DNA of 64,000 nt from Reyranellaceae bacterium (GCA_050181585.1 JBFXDA010000022.1:3844-67843); one strand, 5' to 3'. Numbered from the stretch's first letter, positions 1 to 9,848 are shown. Notes: generated by a model not told the origin, from the letters alone. Program-made: numbers and translations.

Positions 1-1
1 C

Positions 2-502
2 ACCGCCTCGGTGGTGCTGCCCTACCGGCTGCACTATCCCGGCGCCCCCGGCCTGCTGGTGCAGGAGCTGCCCGAGCAGGGGCTGCTGAAGGACATCAAG
101 GCGCTGGCCACCGCCATCCTCGACGATCCGCCCGACGCGGCCAGCTTCATCGCCCATGTCTGGCTGAGCGGCGCCCTGCCGGCGCGCGATGCGCCGCCGG
201 TGACCGACAGCCCGGTGGTGCGGATGAATCCGCTGGTGCAGCCGCTGCGCACGGTGAACGGCAATCTGGCGCTGCCCAACGGCGTCAGCGCGGCGGAATT
301 CGAAAAGCTGCGCGAGCTGGAGATGGATGCCGTCGAGCAGGATCAGGTGCTGCTGATCCAGCGCTTCGGCCGGCGCTGGCTGGCCGACGACGTGACCAAC
401 CAGGCGATCCGCGCCAACTCCGTGACGCTGGAGCCGCAGATCGGCTTCAACCGCTACAGCGACGCCAAGGCCGCCTGGCTGGCGCGCGCGCCGTTCCGCT
501 GA
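2..502 (+). CDS. C-terminal part of a protein that begins before the window; possibly patatin-like phospholipase family
   Basis: Frame is open from the window edge (TASVVLPYRL...) to TGA at 500-502 with high-GC codon bias. Family guess rests only on weak recollection of patatin C-termini. Confidence 0.5.
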   Translation, partial: TASVVLPYRLHYPGAPGLLVQELPEQGLLKDIKALATAILDDPPDAASFIAHVWLSGALPARDAPPVTDSPVVRMNPLVQPLRTVNGNLALPNGVSAAEFEKLRELEMDAVEQDQVLLIQRFGRRWLADDVTNQAIRANSVTLEPQIGFNRYSDAKAAWLARAPFR

Positions 503-503
503 A

Positions 504-642
504 CTGGAGCGGATCACGATCGGACGGAAGCGCAGACGCTTCCGTCCGATCGTGTGAATCCGCTCCATCTATTAGTGATCAGAGCAAATTTACATGTTTT
601 AGCGGAATCGCTAGCGATTCCGTCAAAACATGATTTGCTCTA
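504..642. repeat. Bipartite palindromic intergenic repeat (TAGAGC...GCTCTA type, CIR/Bru-RS/RIME-like), full copy 1
   Basis: Two long hairpins (505-567 and about 581-642) with an AT-rich linker and GANTC sites; near-identical to 57396-57533. Confidence 0.9.
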
Positions 643-1509
643 TCCGAGCTTTTCCAGCCACAGGCTGGCGTCGATGGCGGCGGCATGGCGCGGCAGGCGC
701 GCCACGATGCTGCTGTCCAGCGCCTGCGGCGCGCGGGTGCGCAGGTAGTGGCTGGCGAATATCGGCCGCCAGCCATGAGCCAATAGCGGCGCCACGCCCT
801 GCTGTTCGTTGTAGTTGCGCCAGGCCCAGGCGCGCGGATAGTCGTCGGGCAGGAAGATGTCGTGGATATGCACCAGCACGCCGGCCGGCAGCGCGGGCAG
901 CACGCGGTTGAACAGGAAGTCGCAATCGCTGCCCGGCATCAGGATGTGGCTGGAATCGATGAACAGGACGTCGCCGGCCTGCAATTGGGCGAACAGCGCG
1001 GGATCGACCTGCTGCACCGGCCGCCGCACGAAGCGCACCCGCGGCGCCAGGTTCTCGATCGCCGCGCGCGGCGCGGGATCGATCGACAGGATGGTCGCCG
1101 GGTTGTCCGAATCGTGCAGCGCGCGCGCCAGGAAGCGGGTCGAGTGGCCGGAGCCGACCTCGACCAGGCGCGCCGGCCGGCGGGCATGGACCACCGCATA
1201 GGCCGCCGCCGCGTCGAGCGGCGCGAACCAGCCCTGGTCGAAGCGCGGATCGGGGATGGCGCCTGCGGGATGGCCGTTCTCGCCGGCGATGCGCTGCAGG
1301 GCCGGCGCCAGAGTTTCGATCAGGTCGAGAACGGAGAGGATGTCGGCGTTGCCGGCGTCGAGGCGGCGCGCCAGCGGCGCATAGGCCGGATTGTCGCCGG
1401 GCGGCGCCAGGGCCTGGGCGTAGCGGTGCGGAATGAACCAGCCGCGCCGCTTCAGCCCGGTGGCCGTCGCCAGCGCCATGCCCAGCAGCCGCAGCCGCTT
1501 CACGAGCAT
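640..1509 (-). CDS. Class I SAM-dependent methyltransferase (Methyltransf_24-like)
   Basis: LVEVGSGHST SAM-binding motif; LFIDSSH and VHIHDIFLP motifs. Confidence 0.8.
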   Translation of the reverse strand: MLVKRLRLLGMALATATGLKRRGWFIPHRYAQALAPPGDNPAYAPLARRLDAGNADILSVLDLIETLAPALQRIAGENGHPAGAIPDPRFDQGWFAPLDAAAAYAVVHARRPARLVEVGSGHSTRFLARALHDSDNPATILSIDPAPRAAIENLAPRVRFVRRPVQQVDPALFAQLQAGDVLFIDSSHILMPGSDCDFLFNRVLPALPAGVLVHIHDIFLPDDYPRAWAWRNYNEQQGVAPLLAHGWRPIFASHYLRTRAPQALDSSIVARLPRHAAAIDASLWLEKLG

Positions 1510-1513
1510 CGCT

Positions 1514-2353
1514 TCATGGTCGCAGCACCATGCCCTCGCGCGCCACGACGCTGCCGGGCCGGGCCTGTTCGATGTCGCGGGCGATGCCGTCCATGAACGC
1601 GTCCGGATGGCCGGGGTCGTGATGGAACACCACGAACTGCTTCACCCCGGCGGCCTTGGCCAGCTTCATCCCTTCCTGCCAGGTGGAATGGCCCCAGCCG
1701 CGATAGGTCGGATATTCCGCATCGGTGTAGGTGGCGTCGTAGATCATGATGTCGGCGCCGCGCACCAGTTCGGCGATGGTCTCGTCGATGTGGTCGGCGT
1801 AGTGCTCGGTGTCGGTGATGTAGCAGATCGACTTGCCGGCGAACTCGACGCGATAGCCGGTGGCGCCGTTGGGATGGTTGAGCAGCGCGGTGCGCAAGGT
1901 CACGCCCGGATGCGGCGTCAGCACCTGGCCGGCGCGGAAATCGTGGAAGCTGACCTTGGCCTGGAAAATCTCCAGCGACACCGGATAGAGCGGCGCCATC
2001 ATCAGGTTGGTCAGCACGCCGCGCAGCGTCATCTCGTCCTCGAGATGGCCGGCCCATAGCCGCACCGTGCTGTCGGGGCAGAACAGGGAGGAGAAGAAGG
2101 TCAGCCCGCAGACATGGTCGAAATGCGTGTGGGTGAAGAAGATGTCGAGATCGTTGGGCCGGCACTGCGCCAGCTCCAGGCCCAGCGGGCGGATGCCGGT
2201 GCCGGCGTCGAACACCAGCCGCTTCTCGCCGCACCGGATTTCCAGACACGAGGTATTGCCGCCATAGCGCACATAGTCCGGGCCAGGGCAGGCGATGGAA
2301 CCGCGCACGCCCCAGAAGCGGACCGAAAAATCGGTATTGCCGCTGGTAACCAA
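1514..2353 (-). CDS. Metallo-beta-lactamase-fold hydrolase
   Basis: FWGVRGSI...YGGNTSC, THTHFDH (HxHxDH), GWGHST and FHHDP motifs. Confidence 0.85.
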   Translation of the reverse strand: MVTSGNTDFSVRFWGVRGSIACPGPDYVRYGGNTSCLEIRCGEKRLVFDAGTGIRPLGLELAQCRPNDLDIFFTHTHFDHVCGLTFFSSLFCPDSTVRLWAGHLEDEMTLRGVLTNLMMAPLYPVSLEIFQAKVSFHDFRAGQVLTPHPGVTLRTALLNHPNGATGYRVEFAGKSICYITDTEHYADHIDETIAELVRGADIMIYDATYTDAEYPTYRGWGHSTWQEGMKLAKAAGVKQFVVFHHDPGHPDAFMDGIARDIEQARPGSVVAREGMVLRP

Positions 2354-2531
2354 CTTCTGCTCCCGCGCTGCGGACCGCCATCCGTGGGCCTCCGTCCGTA
2401 GCGCATTGCTCCCCCGATATAGATTCAGCCGACCTATCTAACGGGTCAATATATCGAGTGGATATAGCGGTGGCATGTCTTTGCCACGATTTCAGGCATA
2501 TAGTCAGGCAAGCAAAAAATAAATATGCGGC

Positions 2532-3485
2532 ATGACCGCATCGGGAGAGCGAATGCGGGCTGTGGCGATCGCCAATCCGGCGGCGCGCAAGGGCCGATGC
2601 GGGCGCAACTGGCCGCAGATCGAGGCGCGGCTGCGCCGCCATCTGCCGGTCTTCGAGACCCGGCTGACGGCGCGGCCGGGCCATGCCACGGCGCTGGCGC
2701 GGCAGGCGGTGCAGGACGGTTTCGACACCTTCATCGCCATCGGCGGCGACGGCACCGTCAACGAGGTCGTCAACGGCCTGGTCGAGAACGGCGCCCTGGC
2801 GCGACCCGGCCTGGCGCTGTGTCCCGTTCCCGCCGGCACCGCCAACGAGCTGTGCCTGGCGCTGGGCCTGCTGGCCGACGCGGACGCGCCCTATCGCACT
2901 ATCGTCGCCGGCCGGACGCGGCGCATCGACCTGATCGAAACGCGCTGCGCGGGCCTCGCCGGCGGCGAGGCGCTGCGCTACGGCTACGCCATCGCCTGTT
3001 TCGGTGCGGCGGCGGAAATCTCCCATCGCACCTCGGCCTCGCGCTTGCTGAAGAGGCTGGGCGGGCGCTTCTCCTACTATTATCAGACGCTGCTGGTGAC
3101 GCTGACCTATCCCTACTGGCAGGCCAGCCTGCGCGTCGACGACCAGCCGGTACGCAGCCTCCGGCTCTATACCGGCCTGGCCTGCAACACGCGCAACGGC
3201 GGCGGCGGCATGATGCTGGCGCCCGGCGCCTCGTTCGACGACGGCGTGCTCGACCTGGTGCTGTTCGGCGAGATCGCCCGCCGCGACATCCTGCTGCAGA
3301 AGCCGAGCTGGCTCTACCAGGGCCGCCATGTCGAGCACCCGCGGGTCGAGGTCGTGCGCGGCCGGCGCTTCCAGATCGAGGGCCCGGCCATGGCGCTGGT
3401 CGATCTTGACGGCGAGACCATCGGCCGCCTGCCGATGACCGCCAGGGTGATCCCCGGCGCGCTGGCGGTGAAGGCGCCGATCTGA
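2532..3485 (+). CDS. Diacylglycerol kinase family lipid kinase (YegS/DgkB-like)
   Basis: ANPAA, IGGDGTVNEVVNG, PAGTAN and DGE motifs. Confidence 0.85.
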   Translation: MTASGERMRAVAIANPAARKGRCGRNWPQIEARLRRHLPVFETRLTARPGHATALARQAVQDGFDTFIAIGGDGTVNEVVNGLVENGALARPGLALCPVPAGTANELCLALGLLADADAPYRTIVAGRTRRIDLIETRCAGLAGGEALRYGYAIACFGAAAEISHRTSASRLLKRLGGRFSYYYQTLLVTLTYPYWQASLRVDDQPVRSLRLYTGLACNTRNGGGGMMLAPGASFDDGVLDLVLFGEIARRDILLQKPSWLYQGRHVEHPRVEVVRGRRFQIEGPAMALVDLDGETIGRLPMTARVIPGALAVKAPI

Positions 3486-3490
3486 TTTTT

Positions 3491-3603
3491 CCGTCATCGC
3501 CCGGCTCGACCGGGCGACCCATGTCGATGGCGACGCTGCTTCCCGTTCTGAGGAACCGCAGCGATGGCACGATGGGTCGCCCGGTCAAGCCGGGCGATGA
3601 CGG
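3491..3603. repeat. CGTC-tagged REP doublet (REPIN-like), copy A
   Basis: CCGTCATCGCCCGGCTCGACCGGGCGACCCAT ... ATGGGTCGCCCGGTCAAGCCGGGCGATGACGG inverted pair between convergent genes. Confidence 0.85.
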
Positions 3604-3667
3604 GTATTTTAGATCGGCTGCTGGGGGACTGCGGGATCGGCCGTGGAAGCCGCTTGCCGCAAAATAT

Positions 3668-3778
3668 CGTCATGCCCCGGCTTGACCGGGGCACCCATGG
3701 CGGTGGCGACGTCGATTCCCGTTCTGAAGAAGCGGAGCGGGAGCGCCATGGGTCGCCCGGTCGAGCCGGGCGATGACG
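3668..3778. repeat. CGTC-tagged REP doublet, copy B
   Basis: Same inverted pair as copy A, with a homologous internal spacer (GGCGACG...TTCCCGTTCTGA). Confidence 0.85.
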
Positions 3779-3795
3779 GAAGAAGGGACCGGCGG

Positions 3796-4002
3796 CTATT
3801 TCAAGCGGATGGCTGCATCGCGCACCAGCGCGTGCAGCGCCGGCTCGCCGGCCGCCAGCAGCGCCTTCAGTTCCGTCCGCAGTCGCGGGTCCCAGAACTT
3901 GCCGATATGGTCGGCGATGCCGGCCAGCGCCTCCTCGCGCGGATAGGCGGCGAAATACTTGGCGATCTCGTTGGCGTCGTGGATCAGCCGGGCGCGGTTC
4001 AT
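3796..4002 (-). CDS. fdsD: Formate dehydrogenase delta subunit
   Basis: 68 aa MNRARLIHDANEIAKYF...IADHIGKFWDPRLR; ATG overlaps the fdsC stop (ATGA). Confidence 0.85.
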   Translation of the reverse strand: MNRARLIHDANEIAKYFAAYPREEALAGIADHIGKFWDPRLRTELKALLAAGEPALHALVRDAAIRLK

Positions 4003-4844
4003 GGCGCGGCCTCCAGCCGCTCGCCGCCGGCGAAGACCAGCATCGAATCCGCCCGCGCCAGCCCGACCAGGGTCAGGCCGCTCTGCCGCGCCAGGCGCAC
4101 CGCGCGCGCGGTCGGGGCGGAGACCGCGACGACCAGCGGCATGCCGACCGTGGCCGCCTTCATCACCAGCTCGACGCTGCAGCGGCTGGTCAGCAGCAGC
4201 GCGCCCTGGGCGAAGTCGGCGCCGGCCTGGGCCAGCGCGCCGATCAGCTTGTCCAGCGCGTTGTGGCGGCCGACATCCTCGCGCAGCGCCACCAGCGAAC
4301 CCTCGCTGTCGATCCAGCCCGCCGCATGCACCGCGCCGGTCTGCCGGTTCAACTCCTGCCGCAGCGGCAGGGCGGCCAGTCCGCGCCGCAGCGCCGCCTC
4401 GGCGAAGCGGCGCCCGCCCGCGACGCGCGGCACGGCGCGGTTGGCCTGCGCCAGGCTGTCGACGCCGCACAGGCCGCAGCCGGTGGGGCCGGCCAGGAAG
4501 CGGCGGCGCTCGGCCAGGGCGGCGGCGCGGCGCGCGGTCAGGGTCATGGCCACTTCCAGCCCGTCGGGATGGGCGAACGCCTGCAGGTCGAGAATCTCGG
4601 CCGGCGTCTGCACGATGGCTTCGCCCAGCGCGAAGCCGCGGCCGAAATCCTCCAGGTCGGCCGGCGTCGCCAGCATCACGGCATGGGTGACGCCGTTGAA
4701 GGAGAGGGCGACCGGCGTTTCCTCGGGCAGGGCGCGGGCGATGTCGCGCCCGCCCTGGCCGCCGGCGGGAACCAGGCGCGCCGGTGCCTCGCTGGCCGGC
4801 GGCGGTCCACCCGGCTGACTGCTCGGCGGACTACTCGGCGGCAT
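3999..4844 (-). CDS. fdhD: Formate dehydrogenase accessory sulfurtransferase FdhD/FdsC
   Basis: PEETPVAL, CGLCG, TGAVHAA, EDVGRHNALDKLIG, VSAPT motifs; ATG at 4844 overlaps the end of fdsA. Confidence 0.9.
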   Translation of the reverse strand: MPPSSPPSSQPGGPPPASEAPARLVPAGGQGGRDIARALPEETPVALSFNGVTHAVMLATPADLEDFGRGFALGEAIVQTPAEILDLQAFAHPDGLEVAMTLTARRAAALAERRRFLAGPTGCGLCGVDSLAQANRAVPRVAGGRRFAEAALRRGLAALPLRQELNRQTGAVHAAGWIDSEGSLVALREDVGRHNALDKLIGALAQAGADFAQGALLLTSRCSVELVMKAATVGMPLVVAVSAPTARAVRLARQSGLTLVGLARADSMLVFAGGERLEAAP

Positions 4845-7671
4845 CGACGCGGCCGCCGCCGAACTCGCGCAATTCGCGCTCGCGGCGCAACTGCCACTCG
4901 GCCCGCGCATTGGCCAGCCGCACCTCCACCGCCGTCACCTTGTATTCGGGGCAGTTGGTGGCCCAGTCGGAGAACTCGGTGGTGACGACATTGGCGCCGG
5001 TCTCGGGGTGGTGGAAGGTGGTGTAGACCACGCCCGGCTGCACCCGCTCGGTGACGGCGGCGCGCAAGGTGGTGGCGCCGACGCGGCTGGCCAGCGACAC
5101 CAGATCGCCGTCGCGGATGGCGCGCTGCTCGGCGTCGTGCGGGTGGATCTCCAGCACGTCCTCGCCGTGCCAGGCGACATTGGCGGTGCGCCGCGTCTGC
5201 TGGCCGACATTGTACTGGCTCAGGATGCGGCCGGTGGTCAGCAGCAAGGGGAAGCGCGGGCCGGCGCGCTCCTGCGTCGGCACGAACTCGGTCAGGGCGA
5301 AATAGCCCTGGCCGCGCACGAAGCGGTCGACGTGCATGACCGGCGTGCCGGCCGGCGCTTCTTCCGTGCAGGGCCATTGCAGGCTGCCCAGCCGTTCGAG
5401 CTTGTCGTAGCTGACGCCGGCGAAAGTGGGGGTGACGCGCGCGATCTCGTCCATGATTTCGGACGGATGCGCGTAATCCATGGCGTAGCCCAGCGCCCGG
5501 GCCAGGCGGATGGTGACCTGCCATTCCGCCAGCCCGGCCAAGGGCTCGATCGCCTTGCGCACCCGGCCGATGCGGCGCTCGGCGTTGGTGAAGGTGCCGT
5601 CCTTCTCCAGGAACGAGGCGCCGGGCAGGAAGACATGGGCGTAGCGCGCCGTCTCGGTCAAGAACAGATCGTTCACCACCAGGCATTCCATCGCCTGCAG
5701 CCCGGCCGCGACGTGCTGGGTGTTGGGATCGGATTGCGCCAGATCCTCGCCCTGGCAGAACAGGCCCTTGAAGCTGCCGTCGATGGCGGCGTCCAGCATG
5801 TTGGGAATGCGCAGGCCCGGCTCGGCTTCGATCTCGCGGCCCCATTCGCGCGCCAGCAGGGCGCGCACGCCGTCGTCGGAGACGTGGCGATAGCCCGACA
5901 CCTCGTGCGGGAAGGAGCCCATGTCGCAGGAGCCCTGCACGTTGTTCTGGCCGCGCAGCGGGTTCACGCCGACGCCGCGGCGGCCCAGATTGCCGGTGGC
6001 CATGGCGAGATTGGCCATGCCCATGACCATGGTCGAGCCCTGGCTGTGCTCGGTCACGCCCAGCCCGTAATAGATGGCGGCGTTCTTCGCACCGCCATAG
6101 AGGCGGGCGGCGGCGCGCAGTTCGCTGGCCGGCACGCCGCAGATCGCCTCGACCGCTTCCGGGGCGTTCTCGGGGCGCAGGATGAAGTCGCGCCAGCGCG
6201 CGAAGCTGGCGTCATCGCAGCGCTCGGCGATGAAGGCCTGGTCGGCCAGGCCCTCGTCCATCGCCACATGCGCCAGGGCGTTGATGACGGCGACGTTGGT
6301 ACCGGGGCGCAGTTGCAGGTGGTGCGCGGCCTTCACATGTGGGCTCTCGACCAGGTCGATGCGGCGGGGATCGATCACGATCAGCCCGGCGCCGGCGCGC
6401 AGGCGGCGCTTCATCTGCGAGGCGAAGACCGGGTGCGCCTCGGTGACGTTGGCGCCGATCACCACGACGACGTCGGCCTCCTGCACCGAGTCGAAATCCT
6501 GGGTGCCGGCCGAGGTGCCGAAGGCGGTCTTCAGCCCGTAGCCAGTGGGCGAATGGCAGACGCGGGCGCAGGTATCGACGTTGTTGTTGCCGAAGGCGGT
6601 GCGCACCAGCTTCTGCAGCAGGTAGGTCTCCTCGTTGGTGCAGCGCGAGGAGGTGATGGCGCCGACCGCATCGCGCCCGTGCTTGGCCTGGATCTCCTTG
6701 AAGCGGGCGGCGACATAAGCGATGGCCTCGTCCCAGGTGGCTTCGCGCCAGGGATCGGTGATGCGCTCGCGGATCAGCGGCGTGGTGATGCGGTCGGCAT
6801 GGGTGGCGTAGCCCCAGGCGAAGCGGCCCTTCACGCAGGAATGGCCGTGATTGGCCTTGCCGTCCTTGTAGGGCGTCATGCGCACCACGCGATCGCCCTG
6901 CAATTCGGCCTTGAACGAGCAGCCGACGCCGCAATAGGCGCAGGTGGTCAGCACGGTGCGCTCGGGCAGGCCCTGGGCGATGACGCTCTTCTCGTTCAGC
7001 GTCGCGGTCGGGCAGGCCTCGACGCAGGCGCCGCAGGAGACGCATTCGGAAGCCAGGAACTCCTGGTCCTGGCTGGCCGCGATCAGCGAGCCCAGCCCGC
7101 GCCCGTCCACCGTCAGCGCGAAAGTGCCCTGCACTTCGGCGCAGGCCCGCACGCAACGCGAGCAGACGATGCACTTGTCCGGTTCGAAGGCGAAATAGGG
7201 GTTGGAGACGTCGGTCTCGTGCGTGCGGTGGCGCGCGCCGTCGAAGCCGTAGCGCACCTCGCGCAGGCCTACCGCCGCCGCCATGTCCTGCAACTCGCAA
7301 TCGCCGTTGGCCGAGCAGGTCAGGCAGTCCAGCGGATGGTCGGAGATGTAGAGTTCCATCACGTTGCGCCGCAGCCGGCGCAGGCGATCGGTCTGGGTGC
7401 GCACCACCATGCCGCTCTCGGCCGGCGTGGTGCAGGAGGCGGGCGTGCCCTTGCGGCCCTCGATCTCGACCAGGCACAGGCGGCAGGAGCCGAACGCCTC
7501 CAGCGTGTCGGTGGCGCACAGCTTGGGCACGTCGATGCCGGCCAAGCGGGCGGCGTGCATCACCGAGCTGCCTTGCGGCACGGCGATCTCCTGGCCGTCG
7601 ACCCGCAGGCGCACCTGGCCGGCTCCCGTGCCGGCCGGCGTGCCCAGATCGCGTTCCTTCAGGATGGTCAT
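4831..7671 (-). CDS. fdsA: NAD-dependent formate dehydrogenase alpha subunit (Mo-bisPGD)
   Basis: N-terminal Fe-S motifs (CRLCLVE, HPLDCLTC, CIVCSRCVRAC, CAYCGVGC); active site CARVCH; LRGQNNVQG. Confidence 0.95.
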   Translation of the reverse strand: MTILKERDLGTPAGTGAGQVRLRVDGQEIAVPQGSSVMHAARLAGIDVPKLCATDTLEAFGSCRLCLVEIEGRKGTPASCTTPAESGMVVRTQTDRLRRLRRNVMELYISDHPLDCLTCSANGDCELQDMAAAVGLREVRYGFDGARHRTHETDVSNPYFAFEPDKCIVCSRCVRACAEVQGTFALTVDGRGLGSLIAASQDQEFLASECVSCGACVEACPTATLNEKSVIAQGLPERTVLTTCAYCGVGCSFKAELQGDRVVRMTPYKDGKANHGHSCVKGRFAWGYATHADRITTPLIRERITDPWREATWDEAIAYVAARFKEIQAKHGRDAVGAITSSRCTNEETYLLQKLVRTAFGNNNVDTCARVCHSPTGYGLKTAFGTSAGTQDFDSVQEADVVVVIGANVTEAHPVFASQMKRRLRAGAGLIVIDPRRIDLVESPHVKAAHHLQLRPGTNVAVINALAHVAMDEGLADQAFIAERCDDASFARWRDFILRPENAPEAVEAICGVPASELRAAARLYGGAKNAAIYYGLGVTEHSQGSTMVMGMANLAMATGNLGRRGVGVNPLRGQNNVQGSCDMGSFPHEVSGYRHVSDDGVRALLAREWGREIEAEPGLRIPNMLDAAIDGSFKGLFCQGEDLAQSDPNTQHVAAGLQAMECLVVNDLFLTETARYAHVFLPGASFLEKDGTFTNAERRIGRVRKAIEPLAGLAEWQVTIRLARALGYAMDYAHPSEIMDEIARVTPTFAGVSYDKLERLGSLQWPCTEEAPAGTPVMHVDRFVRGQGYFALTEFVPTQERAGPRFPLLLTTGRILSQYNVGQQTRRTANVAWHGEDVLEIHPHDAEQRAIRDGDLVSLASRVGATTLRAAVTERVQPGVVYTTFHHPETGANVVTTEFSDWATNCPEYKVTAVEVRLANARAEWQLRRERELREFGGGRVDAAE

Positions 7672-7678
7672 GGCCGCC

Positions 7679-9748
7679 TCACGATGCCAGCCTTGCCGGG
7701 CGGGCGAAATCCTGCGGGAAATGGCGCAGCGCGCTCAGCACCGGCAAGGGCGTCAGCCCGCCCAGCGCGCAGAGCGAGCCGTCGGTCATGGTCTCGCATA
7801 GTTCCTCGATCAGCGCCCGCGTCTGCGCCGGCTGCACGCCGGCCAGCAGCCGGTCGACCATCTCCGCCCCGCGCGCCGAGCCGATGCGGCAGGGCGTGCA
7901 CTTGCCGCAGCTCTCGACGGCGCAGAATTCGAAGGCGAAGCGCGCCTGTTCGGCCATGTCGACGCCGTCGTCGAACACCACGATGCCGCCATGGCCCAGC
8001 AGGCCCTGGGCCGCCGCCAGCGCCTCGTAATCGAGCGGCAGGTCGAGCAGCGAAGCCGGCAGATAGGCGCCCAGCGGCCCGCCGACCTGCACCGCGCGCA
8101 CCGGGCGGCCGGTTTCGGTGCCGCCGCCGATCTCCTCGATCACCCGCCGCAGGGAGAGGCCGAACGGCACCTCGACCAGCCCGCCGCGCACCACGTTGCC
8201 GCCGAGCTGCACCGCCAGCGTGCCGCGCGAGCGGCCGGTGCCAAGTGCTGCATAGGCGGCGCCGCCCTCGGCCAGGATATCGGGCGCGGCGGCCAGGGTG
8301 AGCACGTTGTTGATCAGGGTCGGCCGGCCGAACAGGCCGGAAACGGCGGGCAGCGGCGGCTTGAAGCGCACCTGGCCGCGTCTGCCTTCCAGGCTTTCCA
8401 GCAGCGAGGTTTCCTCGCCGCAAATATAGGCGCCCGCCCCCACGCGCAATTCGATGTCGAAGCGCCGGCCCGATCCCAGGATGTCGTCGCCGACGATCCG
8501 GCCGTCGCGCGCCACTTCCAGGGCGGCGGCGAAGAGGGCGGCGGCGTTGGGATATTCCGAGCGCAGATAGACGAAGCCCTTCTGCGCGCCCACCGCCAGG
8601 CCGGCGATCGCCATGCCCTCGATCAGCAGCAGCGGGTCGCCTTCCAGCAGCAGCCGGTCGGCGAAGGTGCCGGAATCGCCCTCGTCGGCGTTGCAGACGA
8701 CGTATTTCCCGTCCGCCGCCGTTTCCATCACCGTGCGCCATTTGCGCCCGGCCGGGAAACCCGCGCCGCCGCGGCCGCGCAGGCCGGAGGTTTCGATCTC
8801 GGCCACGATCTGTTCGCCGCCCAGCGCCAGCGCCCGGCGCAGGCCGCGCAAGCCGCCGGTGGCGACGTAGTCGGACAGCGACAGCGGATCGATCTCGCCG
8901 CAGCGGGCGAAGGTCAGCCGCTGCTGGGCGGCGAAGAAGGGATGCAAGGCGGGATCGTCGATGCACTTGGCATGGGGGCCGCCGGAGAGAAATCCGGCAT
9001 CGAACAGCGAAGCCACGTCTTCTTCGCTGATCCCGGCATAGGCCACGCGCCCGCCGGGCAGATCGAGTTCGACCAGCGGTTCGAGGAAGAAGGCGCCGCG
9101 CGAGCCGGTGCGCTTGACGACGACGTCGAGGCCGCGCCGCTGCGCCTCGCGCGCGATCGCCGCCGCCACCAGGTCGGCGCCGAAGGAGCGGGCGGTTGCC
9201 TCGCGCGGCACGCACACCGTCACGCCGCGCGCTGGCGCCGTGACCGGGGGCGGCGGCACGACCGGCGCGGCGAGATCGCCCAGCAGCGCATCGAAATGCC
9301 CGGCATCGACCAGAGAATGCAGCTCGCCATCGGCCAGCAGCGAGGGGCCGGTGGCGCAATTTCCCAGGCAGTAGACGGGTTCGAGCGTGAAGGCGCCGTC
9401 CCGCGTCGTCTGCCCCATCTCGACGCCGAGCTTGCGGCAGGCATGCGCCTCCAGTTCGCGCCCGCCGCGCGCCTGGCAGGCCTCGGCGCGGCAGAGCTTG
9501 ATGACGCTGCGGCCGGCGGGGGCGCGGCGGAAATCGTGATAGAAGGTCAGCACGCCATGCACGTCGGCGCGGCTGAGGTTGAGCGCGGCGGCGATCAGGG
9601 GCACGGCGGCGTCGGGCACGTGGCCGAACGTATCGTTGATAGCGTGCAGGATCGGCAGCAGCGCGCCGTCAAGGCCCGCCCGGGCCCCGATCAGCTGGCG
9701 CGCGCGCGCCTCGTTCCACGGCTCAAAGCTTGCGGCCGGCAGAGCCAC
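7679..9748 (-). CDS. fdsB: Fused formate dehydrogenase gamma (NuoE-like) and beta (NuoF-like) subunits
   Basis: GTG at 9748 after RBS AGGAGGAG. N-terminal CRAEACQ / VYCLGNC 2Fe-2S domain runs in frame through a Pro-rich linker into GLRGRGGAGFP, NADEGDSG, GAGAYICGEET, ESCGKCTPCR. Confidence 0.9.
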   Translation of the reverse strand: MALPAASFEPWNEARARQLIGARAGLDGALLPILHAINDTFGHVPDAAVPLIAAALNLSRADVHGVLTFYHDFRRAPAGRSVIKLCRAEACQARGGRELEAHACRKLGVEMGQTTRDGAFTLEPVYCLGNCATGPSLLADGELHSLVDAGHFDALLGDLAAPVVPPPPVTAPARGVTVCVPREATARSFGADLVAAAIAREAQRRGLDVVVKRTGSRGAFFLEPLVELDLPGGRVAYAGISEEDVASLFDAGFLSGGPHAKCIDDPALHPFFAAQQRLTFARCGEIDPLSLSDYVATGGLRGLRRALALGGEQIVAEIETSGLRGRGGAGFPAGRKWRTVMETAADGKYVVCNADEGDSGTFADRLLLEGDPLLLIEGMAIAGLAVGAQKGFVYLRSEYPNAAALFAAALEVARDGRIVGDDILGSGRRFDIELRVGAGAYICGEETSLLESLEGRRGQVRFKPPLPAVSGLFGRPTLINNVLTLAAAPDILAEGGAAYAALGTGRSRGTLAVQLGGNVVRGGLVEVPFGLSLRRVIEEIGGGTETGRPVRAVQVGGPLGAYLPASLLDLPLDYEALAAAQGLLGHGGIVVFDDGVDMAEQARFAFEFCAVESCGKCTPCRIGSARGAEMVDRLLAGVQPAQTRALIEELCETMTDGSLCALGGLTPLPVLSALRHFPQDFARPARLAS

Positions 9749-9848
9749 AGCGCCTCCTCCTGGTGCGGCGTCGATCCGCCGCTGATCGGCATTATAGAGC
9801 GCGACCGTGCGGGCTGGCGACTGCCGGCGATCGGCGCCGGCGCGGCAC

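Noticed and set aside
2471-2484. TGGCATGTCTTTGC as a sigma-54 promoter
   Set aside because: GG to GC spacing is 9 nt rather than the required 10.
4831-7671. Selenocysteine in the formate dehydrogenase
   Set aside because: Active site reads CARVCH with no in-frame TGA.
5008-8301. Very long antisense or alternate-frame ORFs (1097 aa here; also 27194-30082, 59370-62102, 62822-63988)
   Set aside because: Shadow ORFs of real genes in high-GC DNA; low-complexity Arg/Gly/Ala-rich translations with no motifs.
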